Shown: positions 31,392 to 40,009 of the stretch, one piece after another | How positions within the stretch are numbered: the stretch's first letter is position 1 | Layout of the letters: each line of letters begins with the position of its first letter | Origin: Collinsella sp. | GTDB lineage: Bacteria; Actinomycetota; Coriobacteriia; Coriobacteriales; Coriobacteriaceae | Direction of reading: 5' to 3' | Assembly: GCA_018377855.1 (NCBI GenBank) | Contig: JAGZYM010000005.1 | Coordinates: forward strand, 15,567-79,566 | DNA: 64,000 nt | Made by a program: the position numbers and the translations under genes | Notes under the pieces: model-generated | The model's input: only the letters and a program-made list of their open reading frames with translations | Databases searched by the model: none | Told to the model about the DNA's origin: nothing

Positions 31392-33044
31392 TCATTTACC
31401 CTGGTACATGCTGCCTAAATCCACTACCCCTTCTACCGCGCCGACCATCTCGTCATCGTGAGAGACAACGATGATCAGCTGGCTTTGCTTGTTGCGCTTA
31501 ACATAGGCCGCAAGCTCGGCGCGGCTTACAGCGTCTAACCCAGTCGTGGGCTCGTCGAGTACCAAAACTGACGACTTGCGTGAAATCGCCGACCATAAGT
31601 ACACTCGGCGCAGCTCACCGCCCGAAAGCGCGGAGCAACGTTTCCCGAGCAACTCCTTCACGCTGTTTTCCAACGAAAGTAGGCCATCTACACCCCGGTG
31701 ATAGGAAGAAAAGGGCGTGTCGAAATACTCTAACAGCTCTTTCACCGTTTCGTCCGGCGCGAAGCACGACTGTGGGCAGCACGATATCTCTCTCGCACGT
31801 ATGTAATCCAAGTCGCATTCTTCGATTGGCACGCCGTTGTATTTTACTTTGCCTTTCGATGAGTATAGCCCGAGCATCAAGTAAAGAAGTGACGTCTTGC
31901 CTCTTCCGTTTTCCCCAACTATGCAATATGTACCAGGACCGGAAAACTTGAAAGAAAACCCGCCGAGGACCTCTCGGACAGATCCGTCTGGAAGGGCAAC
32001 CGAGAATTCCAAATCAGATACCGAAATGTCATTTATTTCATCGAGTTTAGCTAAATCGGTCCGATTCCACCCCGATCTCTCCTTTTCTCTCGTCGCGATA
32101 GCCGTCCTATCCCATGATGCTTTGGCATCTTGATAGGATTTGAACAATGACATCATACTTTTCAAAGTCTTAAAGAGAACCGCGAAGTATGTACCGATGA
32201 TAGTGTACTCGCCTATTGACATAGTTCCGTTAATGATTCGTACTCCGGAAACAACAAGTATCACCGCTTGAAACAACGCTGCGAAAAGACCATCGAGCGA
32301 TGTCAGAGAATATGATAGCTTTCCGGAGCGCAAAACTTTGGGAAAATAGCTCTTAAACCCAGCGTCGAGCGCTTGTTCGCTCTTGCCGTACGAAGATGTC
32401 AGTTGAATGTTGAGAATCTGATTAAGCTGCGATGCAATTGCGGCGTAAAAGGCGCTGTCCGCCTCTTTCTTCTCATACGTGACCCTATACAAAAGATTCC
32501 TCAACCCAGTAATTACACAGAAATACACGATGAGGAGAATGATGGAAAACACCGCGAGAGTTGAATCAATTGACCATATGATAAGCAATACGATGGGAAT
32601 GGCTACAATGGACAGCGGCGCACTGATAAAATTCGCCAAAACGAAGGATGAGACCACGCTGGAGTCGGAAATAATCCGTTGCGTTGTATAGGCTGGATCG
32701 ATGGTCCGACTCACCAAGTAATCGTCTCTTTCAAAACGCAAGACGGCCTCCCTGAGAAGATCAAAGGAAAGTCTCGTGGTTATGCGAATGGAAAGTGTTC
32801 CTGCAAAATAAGTAAAGAGGGTGGAGAAAACTCCTATTGACGCAACCAGGAGCGCGAAGAGTACGGCGTCTCTTTCGCTGCGGTTACCGAGAAGAAAATC
32901 TAAGAATTTCCCGTTCACGTATGGCATGGCATAGGAGAGAGCGGTTCCAATCACCGTGATAGCAATGAAGACGAAAGCCCCTTTTGCTCTGATGAACCTC
33001 GAGAGAACGCATCGAATCAAGGAAGGCCCCAATCTACCCGCCAC
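31392..33044 (-). CDS. ABC exporter, fused TMD-NBD half-transporter without N-terminal peptidase domain
   Basis: Walker A GENGRGKTS, signature LSGGELRR, Walker B VLVLDEPTTGLD; about 6 TM helices; low GC. Confidence 0.8.
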   Translation of the reverse strand: MAGRLGPSLIRCVLSRFIRAKGAFVFIAITVIGTALSYAMPYVNGKFLDFLLGNRSERDAVLFALLVASIGVFSTLFTYFAGTLSIRITTRLSFDLLREAVLRFERDDYLVSRTIDPAYTTQRIISDSSVVSSFVLANFISAPLSIVAIPIVLLIIWSIDSTLAVFSIILLIVYFCVITGLRNLLYRVTYEKKEADSAFYAAIASQLNQILNIQLTSSYGKSEQALDAGFKSYFPKVLRSGKLSYSLTSLDGLFAALFQAVILVVSGVRIINGTMSIGEYTIIGTYFAVLFKTLKSMMSLFKSYQDAKASWDRTAIATREKERSGWNRTDLAKLDEINDISVSDLEFSVALPDGSVREVLGGFSFKFSGPGTYCIVGENGRGKTSLLYLMLGLYSSKGKVKYNGVPIEECDLDYIRAREISCCPQSCFAPDETVKELLEYFDTPFSSYHRGVDGLLSLENSVKELLGKRCSALSGGELRRVYLWSAISRKSSVLVLDEPTTGLDAVSRAELAAYVKRNKQSQLIIVVSHDDEMVGAVEGVVDLGSMYQGK

Positions 33045-33359
33045 AAAACATCAATCACTGATACCTTACACCTCAACACAACAGGAGCGAAGATTTGCCA
33101 ATGAGACTGCTTTAAGATTGCCTTGGGCCAATACGATCTCAAGCTCTTCCTACAAGAGAGTCGGAATCGGACATCTCCTCCGACGAACCTGGCAATCGGG
33201 CGGTTGAAATATCTTTTTCAACCGCCCGATTGCCACAATAGATTTGAGCATCCGCCCACAAACGTCCGCGTTTTATACCCATCAAATCCTTTGCCTTTTG
33301 TCGTCTAGACTAGAAAAATCGCTCGAAATAACGCAACCGGCCTGCTCGCTTGAAGAAAC

Positions 33360-33967
33360 CTAAGCCCGTAACGTAGATGTGCAAACTTCCGAAACGCCTT
33401 GCGCGGCATAGTGCGTATAAACTTCGTCAACCGCCTCAGAAATATCTGAGTATCGCGCCGGGTCAAAAGCATACGATGTCGCAGCTATACCCTGCACCCA
33501 TTCGGAACGCGGATTAATTGAATAGCCACACAGCATCATCATACATGCATCTAGACCTGATTTCCCAAGTATCCGACGTATTGATGAGAGCATCGCGGGT
33601 CGCCCCTGCACCATCGTCGTCACCCCTATTAGCAGTATTTACCGTTTTTCTCTAAATGCGTATCGCCACCCTTAAGAATACGAAGTGTTTTATCCAGACC
33701 CGATTGTCCTCCATCTCAAACGAAGGGATAAGGAATCTCATCCGGAATCGGCAGTAACGGAGGATTCACAACGACAAGCGAAAAACATGAGTCATCTCTC
33801 AGAGGGGAGTAAAGGCTCCCCTCAAGCACCCTAGTTTCGTCATCCAAAGAGTTGATGGCAGTGTTTTTCTTACAAAGGTCGACAACAAAAGGGTTGATTT
33901 CTACAGATGTTACATCCATGCCACAGTTGGTAAGTATCAGGCCCTGTATTCTGGGGCCAGAACACAA
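33360..33967 (-). pseudogene. remnants of a class I SAM-dependent methyltransferase split across two frames
   Basis: 33716-33967 fragment has motif I (LDLCSGPRIQG) and VVNPP; 33360-33623 fragment is in another frame; no intact ORF. Confidence 0.4.
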
Positions 33968-34204
33968 ATCGAGAGCCTTCCGTGCGCTCTGCGGTGTAAG
34001 GCGCCAATCTCAGCAAATCTGTCCCACAATACTGCGCTGAAGAACAAGACGGAACCCCTGAGCCAAACTCCCCTATACCTTATTAAGGCTAAGACAGGCA
34101 AGTTCACGCACCCGGCATATTCCAGAATAACATCCTATTGTTTTAGATGCTCTACAAGCATGAACAGCCGCGAATCGGAAAGATCTTCTAGTTTCGCCCC
34201 GACT

Positions 34205-34748
34205 GACCGCCAAGGGCCAAAATGGCCCCTCCATCCCCGGGCGACTGGCTCTGGCGCGCCGAGGAGTGTCCCCAAGTGCCGGCAGAAAAGGAACGTCCCT
34301 AACTGCCGGCTAGAGGGCACCGAAGAGAATGGCGTAGGTAGTGGATTCGCCGAGCTTGAGCTCGTCGCCGGGATTGAGTTGGGCGGAACGGCCGGGCTCG
34401 ACCTGAATGCAGACGCGCGTGGCCCCGTTTACCACCACGGTTCCGTTGGTGGACGACAAGTCCTCGACGTGCCAGATATTTTGAGCATCGCACCAGATAT
34501 GGGCATGGCGGGCCGAGACATCGTCGCCGACGTCGGTAATATCGCCCTCACCAGTGGCCAGCGCGCCAATCTCAACACCCTGCTCACTCGGCTGAATCCA
34601 GCGCGGGGCGCTCACGACAAAACTGTTTTGTACGCGCAGCAAGCCCAAGGGGTGCGCCGGGGCGGGTTCGCGTTCGCCCGCGGTCATCGACATGCCAAGC
34701 GAACGCGGCGTGGATGTGCCTCCGCCACAGGTCGCGTGCGCGTAGTCG
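34205..34748. repeat. right copy of the roughly 530-bp direct repeat (see 27469-27995)
   Basis: Nucleotide alignment by eye. Confidence 0.75.
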
Positions 34749-35248
34749 ATGGCATAGTTCACCGAGGACCGCACATCCGCCGAACAACCGACGGCGACAA
34801 ACAGCACCAGCACGGCCTCGGCGCGCTCGGCGGGCATGAGTTCCGCCGCCTGGGACAGGCGATCGAGCGCGTTGCGATAGAGATTCGTGTCCTGGTGGCA
34901 CTCTTCGAGCGCGCGTACCATCGGTTCACCTGCAGGACCGCACACCATATTGATCACAGCCGTGGAGTCCATGGGATTGCGCTGGCGCAGGGCCAGTTGC
35001 GACATAATACGCGCAGCCGAGGTACCGTATTCGGCAAAGTAGCGCTGCTGAAGCGTGCCGACCGGCGCGCGAACGATAAAGCGGGAAACCCAAGAGCGAT
35101 CGGCGGCTCGGCTCTGCGGGCTGCGGCCGTCGGCGAGCGGACGGGACGAAAGCACCAGGCCGCACAGCTCGATATGGCTCAGATGCGCCGCGCGCTTAAA
35201 GATGTCAAACATGGCCCCGCATGGGGTGAGCTCAACTTGAGATGCCAT
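34310..35248 (-). CDS. FHA-domain protein (full-length; N-terminal domain of unknown function plus C-terminal FHA)
   Basis: C-terminal FHA motifs; immediately downstream of a Ser/Thr kinase gene. Confidence 0.8.
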   Translation of the reverse strand: MASQVELTPCGAMFDIFKRAAHLSHIELCGLVLSSRPLADGRSPQSRAADRSWVSRFIVRAPVGTLQQRYFAEYGTSAARIMSQLALRQRNPMDSTAVINMVCGPAGEPMVRALEECHQDTNLYRNALDRLSQAAELMPAERAEAVLVLFVAVGCSADVRSSVNYAIDYAHATCGGGTSTPRSLGMSMTAGEREPAPAHPLGLLRVQNSFVVSAPRWIQPSEQGVEIGALATGEGDITDVGDDVSARHAHIWCDAQNIWHVEDLSSTNGTVVVNGATRVCIQVEPGRSAQLNPGDELKLGESTTYAILFGAL

Positions 35249-35251
35249 GAC

Positions 35252-37096
35252 CTAGGCCTCCTTGGTCGTAGAAATAGAATCGGACGATACTTCGACAGGT
35301 ACGCCAAAAGTACGGGCAGCTGCGGCTCCACCGGCAAGCGGAGTCGCCATCTGGGCTTTTGTGCGTCGCGGTGCCGAAGCGGGAAGTTCAAAGGCAAAGC
35401 CCATCGCAAGCAAAAACCACGTAAGCGTATAGGTTGCAACCAGAGCGGCAACAAGGCCGCCCATCACGGCGCGTTGGGAAAATACGCTACATGCAGCCAC
35501 AACCAGCACCGGAACCTCGCAGGCAGAAAGCGCAAGCACACCCTGCAGGAACCCCGAGCGCCGATCGCGCGCAAGCGCCCCCGCGGCAACGCCGGCTATG
35601 CCTGGCAGCGCCAACGCCAGTGCGGCAATAATACCCGGTAGCGACCCAGACCACACGAGCGATCCCAAAGTCGCCGTCACGCGAGTGCCCGACGCCAGCA
35701 GCGCGGCCGAAACCACGACCACAGCCCAAACCACGCCACAGACGACCGTCGCGCCGACCATCAGCGTGCGACGAACCGCGCGGCCGGACGCATCCATGGG
35801 GCACGGCGTGAGCGGCTCGCCGCGGAGCGAACGACCGACATTTTGCGCATAGTGGTCACAAAACGCCGAGAGCGCCGCCTCGACCGCCGCCGGCTCGGGA
35901 CGATCTTTTTGATGGCTGGACAGACAGGCCATCACCACGTCGAACAGCTGGGCATCGACAAACGCCAGCGCATCGCGTAGCTCTTCGGAATCCGGCTCAA
36001 GCCCCAGCTGCTGGGCCTGCTCGGCCGCGGCGAGCGCCACATCGGGCTCACGGCGAAGCAGCTGAGTCAAATCACAACCGGGCGCATGGACACCGATGGG
36101 ATAGTCGGGTCGCGTGTCCATCTTGAGACGATAGGGGCTCGCGATGTCGCGCGTCTTTTTGCGCGAACCCGAGGTGCCCGAAGTGCCCGGCGCGGCTTCG
36201 TATGGCGCGACGCCGGCAATGAGCTCGTAAACCGTGCTTGCCGCGGCATAGACGTCAATCGCCGGCGACATACGCAAAGCGCGCAGGTCGGGAATATCGT
36301 CGGTGAGCATCTCGGGCGGGGCATAGGCAACCGTCGCGCGACGCAGCGTGGCATAACGCTCCGTAAACGACGCCTTGCCGCCGGTACCGGCCACGGCCGA
36401 CGCAGGCTCGAGCGCCAGCGACGAGCCAAAGTCGATCAGGCACAGGTCAAAGGTGCCCTCGGCAAGCTGCCGGTCAAGCGGCAGGCGCGCCGTGCGCACC
36501 ATAATATTAGCGGACGAGATATCGCGATGGACAAAGCCCTCGCCCACCAGGCTCATACGGCAGAGCAGATCGAACAGGTCGCGACCCAGACGCGCCGCCA
36601 CAAGCGGCGACAGGCGTCCGGCATCGCCCACGGCAAGTCGCGAACGCAAGCGGGCAAGCGTCTCGCCCTCGACCCATTCCATGACAATTGCAGGCACACC
36701 GTCGACCTCGCCCCAGCCATAGAGGCGGGGAAAGCCCTTAAGGCCCGAAAGGGCGCGATGGCATTCGTATTCCTCGCGAAACGCCGCCTTGAACTTGGCG
36801 ACCAGCGCCTCGTGAGCGGCATCGTCGTCAAACTCATCGCGCGTCGGCAAGATGAGCTGCTTGAGTGCCACGGCCTCGCCTTGGGCGTTGACGGCACGCG
36901 TCACGCGGCCGATACCGCCACGGCGCATGGTGGCATCGTCGGCAAACAGCATCGTAAAACGACGCAGATAGGCAGGCAGTTCGTCCTGACCGAGCGCAAT
37001 GGCCGGCTCAAACCCGTCGACACGCGCCAGGCGCAGGCCGACCATGGGATCGCGACCGAGCGATTGTGGTGTGGTGGATGCAAGATCGGTCATCAT
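35252..37096 (-). CDS. Ser/Thr protein kinase with C-terminal polytopic membrane region (about 5 TM helices)
   Basis: Kinase subdomains ...AVALKQL..., HRDISSANIMV, DFG; C-terminal 180 aa hydrophobic. Confidence 0.85.
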   Translation of the reverse strand: MMTDLASTTPQSLGRDPMVGLRLARVDGFEPAIALGQDELPAYLRRFTMLFADDATMRRGGIGRVTRAVNAQGEAVALKQLILPTRDEFDDDAAHEALVAKFKAAFREEYECHRALSGLKGFPRLYGWGEVDGVPAIVMEWVEGETLARLRSRLAVGDAGRLSPLVAARLGRDLFDLLCRMSLVGEGFVHRDISSANIMVRTARLPLDRQLAEGTFDLCLIDFGSSLALEPASAVAGTGGKASFTERYATLRRATVAYAPPEMLTDDIPDLRALRMSPAIDVYAAASTVYELIAGVAPYEAAPGTSGTSGSRKKTRDIASPYRLKMDTRPDYPIGVHAPGCDLTQLLRREPDVALAAAEQAQQLGLEPDSEELRDALAFVDAQLFDVVMACLSSHQKDRPEPAAVEAALSAFCDHYAQNVGRSLRGEPLTPCPMDASGRAVRRTLMVGATVVCGVVWAVVVVSAALLASGTRVTATLGSLVWSGSLPGIIAALALALPGIAGVAAGALARDRRSGFLQGVLALSACEVPVLVVAACSVFSQRAVMGGLVAALVATYTLTWFLLAMGFAFELPASAPRRTKAQMATPLAGGAAAARTFGVPVEVSSDSISTTKEA

Positions 37097-37998
37097 AGGG
37101 CAAGCGCCGCCACGTTATTGTTGAAGTTACCGAGTGCGACGTCATCATCGCCGTAATGGCCGACCCATTGACATAGGTTGGTATAACAGCCCCACAGATT
37201 GGCATACTGCTGATACCACTTTGACCGGGGCGAGAATGTCTGACGACCGAACTCGGCTCGAATGACAAACATCTCCCCGACCAGGCTGTCGCACGGCCTG
37301 GGATCTCCCGTAGAGTTATAGGTCGAGACCACGTCATTGGCACGAGAAACATAACCGTCGAGCATGTTGTACTTGGTCACAAGCCAACTGTGAATGCTCT
37401 CTTCCTCAGCAGCGGAAAGGCCACCGGAGTTTGCATCGTTGTCAGTGTTGCCGCCCGTCGAGCCGCCGTTTCCAGACCCTCCGGTAGAGGAACCCGACCC
37501 AGAGCCGCCGCCCGAACTCGATGAATCCGAGCCGGAGCCAGAAGTATCCGAGCTACCGGGCTTTCCGGACTGCTGGGCGTCCTGCTCCTTCTGCTGCTCG
37601 ACCTTATTCACCGTTGCCGCCACGCTATTGTTGGACAACCGATCGATGATCTTGGTGTTGGTGAGCACGATGGTTTTGCCATTGGCAAGCGTGACTTCGT
37701 TGTCCGGGGCCTCGGCGCCGTCCGCATCGTCGGTGCCAAACACAATATGCCCGACCACACTTGCCCAAGCATATCCAGTCGTGGTGCCCAGATCACTTTT
37801 GACCTCATGCCCCACGCGCGGTTCGCGTGCGGCATGCGCCTGCATCATGGACGGCACGGTCATGCCATAGGCAGAAACGCCAGCTATGACCAGCACCAGC
37901 GAGCACGATAGCAGTGCGTACGCCCGCGGCGCCAAGCCCAGTCGGCGTCGTATGCGCACCGCGGCGCCGCGCTTTGTCTGAGTGCCACCGGGCCGCAT
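37093..37998 (-). CDS. membrane-anchored/secreted hypothetical protein with long Ser/Gly-rich linker
   Basis: Start at MRPGGTQ with GGAGGAG RBS (ORF track 38091); signal-anchor LLSCSLVLVIAGVSA; SGSGSDSSSSGGGSGSGSS linker; ATGA overlap with the kinase. Confidence 0.5.
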   Translation of the reverse strand: MRPGGTQTKRGAAVRIRRRLGLAPRAYALLSCSLVLVIAGVSAYGMTVPSMMQAHAAREPRVGHEVKSDLGTTTGYAWASVVGHIVFGTDDADGAEAPDNEVTLANGKTIVLTNTKIIDRLSNNSVAATVNKVEQQKEQDAQQSGKPGSSDTSGSGSDSSSSGGGSGSGSSTGGSGNGGSTGGNTDNDANSGGLSAAEEESIHSWLVTKYNMLDGYVSRANDVVSTYNSTGDPRPCDSLVGEMFVIRAEFGRQTFSPRSKWYQQYANLWGCYTNLCQWVGHYGDDDVALGNFNNNVAALAL

Positions 37999-38243
37999 GC
38001 GTTCTCCTCCAACAAAAACACGCCGCTCAGAAGCGGCGCATTCATTCGAATCCATATTTGAGTGTATCAGCGAACCAAAAAGGTTGCGCAACGAATGGAC
38101 AAATTAAGGATGCGAGCGGAAGCATCCATGCGATAAGCGGACACGAAGCATCTTTGTTGCACAACAAACTCACAGTCGCACGGGGAAATTATGACTACCC
38201 CGTGCGTCGCGAGGAAAACATACGGCAGGAGCAGGCTCGCCAC

Positions 38244-38840
38244 CTAAATCGCGCGGCGGGCCTCGATGGCGCGGCCAAGCGTAAGCTCGTCGGCATACTC
38301 CAAGTCGCCGCCCACGGGAAGGCCGCTTGCCAGACGCGACACCTCGACGCCCAACGGCTTGATGGTACGGGCCAGATAGCTCGCCGTGGTCTCGCCCTCG
38401 ATGTTGGGGTTGGTGGCGATGATGACCTCGTGGATGTCCTCGTGGCCCAAGCGTGCCAGCAGCTCTCGAATGTGCAGCTGCTCGGGGCCAATCTTGTCCA
38501 TGGGACTGATCACGCCGCCCAATACGTGGTAGAGGCCGTGGTAGCTGCCCGTGCGCTCAATCGCCTGGACATCGCGCGGCTCGCCCACCACGCAAATGCG
38601 AGTGGTATCGCGCATCGGGTCCTGGCAGATGGAGCACTCGTCGGCCGTGGCGTAGTTAAAGCAGCGGCTGCAAAAGTGGACCTCCTGCTTGACCTCCAGG
38701 ATGGCCTCGGCCAGGCGGCGCGCCTCCTCGGCGTCGGCCTCCAACAGGTAATAGGCGATGCGCTGGGCCGACTTGGGACCAATGCCCGGCAGACGGCCCA
38801 GCTCATCGAGCAGTTTTTGCAGACTGTGATTTGCACTCAT
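38244..38840 (-). CDS. recR: recombination protein RecR
   Basis: HhH motif [13 protein letters not shown]; zinc finger [16 protein letters not shown]; Toprim domain. Confidence 0.95.
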   Translation of the reverse strand: MSANHSLQKLLDELGRLPGIGPKSAQRIAYYLLEADAEEARRLAEAILEVKQEVHFCSRCFNYATADECSICQDPMRDTTRICVVGEPRDVQAIERTGSYHGLYHVLGGVISPMDKIGPEQLHIRELLARLGHEDIHEVIIATNPNIEGETTASYLARTIKPLGVEVSRLASGLPVGGDLEYADELTLGRAIEARRAI

Positions 38841-38853
38841 ATATATGCGTGTC

Positions 38854-39174
38854 TTAGAACGGCATGCCCGGGATGTTGAGGCCGCCGGTGATGGCGCCCA
38901 TCTGCTTGTTGGCGAGCTCGTTAACGCCGCGGACGGCCTCGTTGACGGCAGCCATGATCATATCCTGCAGCATATCGACGTCCTCGGGATCGAGGGCATC
39001 GGGATCGATGGTGAGGTTGACGAGCTCCATCTCGCCGTTAACGGTCACCTTGACCATGCCGCCGCCGGCAGAGGCGTCGACGGTCTGGGACTTGAGGTTC
39101 TCCTGCGCGGCGGCAAGCTGCTCCTGCATCTTGCGAGCCTGCTTCATCATCTGCTGCATGTTCATACCGGCCAT
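38854..39174 (-). CDS. ybaB: YbaB/EbfC nucleoid-associated protein
   Basis: [15 protein letters not shown]...[10 protein letters not shown]...; 106 aa. Confidence 0.95.
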   Translation of the reverse strand: MAGMNMQQMMKQARKMQEQLAAAQENLKSQTVDASAGGGMVKVTVNGEMELVNLTIDPDALDPEDVDMLQDMIMAAVNEAVRGVNELANKQMGAITGGLNIPGMPF

Positions 39175-39514
39175 GATGGCTCCTTTACGTGCGGCCGCAC
39201 GCCGAGCTGCAAGGGCAGCCGGAGCACGGCGGGACTTTCAAACTCAAAAATCGTACCACGGCGCGAGGCCAGCGAGCGGGGCGGACGTGTTACCTCAGTC
39301 GATATACATGTCCTGGAGCGCAAGCCGCACCCATAGATTATGCAAAGTTGAATAATTCGCATCTGCATAATATTTAAAGCTAAATCTTGTAGAGCCGGAA
39401 TCCGACATTTAATGCGTACCACTAAATGGCTAAATGCCGAGCCACTACTCGAGGCGGCGCTCATGACGGCGAGGTATAATTTGATTGCCATAGATAGCAA
39501 TTTGGAGGTACCCC

Positions 39515-39988
39515 ATGAATGCCCCCGACGTGCTCCAAAACATCCGCTCAAAACACCCCGTTGCATATGTGGTTCTCTATCTCTTTGTCGGCTGGGCATT
39601 GCTGGTTGTCATCACCCATGCCATAGCCTTTGGAGCAGAACTGCTGATAGTCAGCTCGGACCAGCCCATCGTCAAATGGGAAGCGACCGATGAGTGCACC
39701 GACGGAACTCGAACCATTTACTACAACAGCCCGTCCCTCTACCAAGAGTTCAAGGTCAAGATAAAGGACTCCAAGATTGTCGATGCCGAACCAGGCGCTT
39801 TCTTGACAATCGGAGCAACCCTCAACGCCGAGCAAGTCGAGTACACGGACAGCCATGCGACGTATCGTATCGACCTCAGCATCCTAGGGCGACCGTCACG
39901 CACCTGTCTGCTCGAATGCGAGATACGCGGCACCACACTACACATGTCCGAAATACAGATGCGCCCGGACAAGGGGTCCTCTTCTTGA
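39515..39988 (+). CDS. hypothetical membrane protein inserted between ybaB and dnaX (lower GC)
   Basis: 157 aa; N-terminal TM VAYVVLYLFVGWALLVVI; local GC about 50%. Confidence 0.4.
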   Translation: MNAPDVLQNIRSKHPVAYVVLYLFVGWALLVVITHAIAFGAELLIVSSDQPIVKWEATDECTDGTRTIYYNSPSLYQEFKVKIKDSKIVDAEPGAFLTIGATLNAEQVEYTDSHATYRIDLSILGRPSRTCLLECEIRGTTLHMSEIQMRPDKGSSS

Positions 39989-40009
39989 GCAGTATACCCG
40001 CCTGCGCAG

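Noticed and set aside
39175-39340. Possible SRP (4.5S/ffs) RNA near dnaX, as in many bacteria. Both the ybaB-dnaX gap and 42485-42599 were checked.
   Set aside because: I could not find the conserved domain IV sequence (GGAAGGAAGCAGCC-like with GNRA loop) on either strand. ffs is probably elsewhere.
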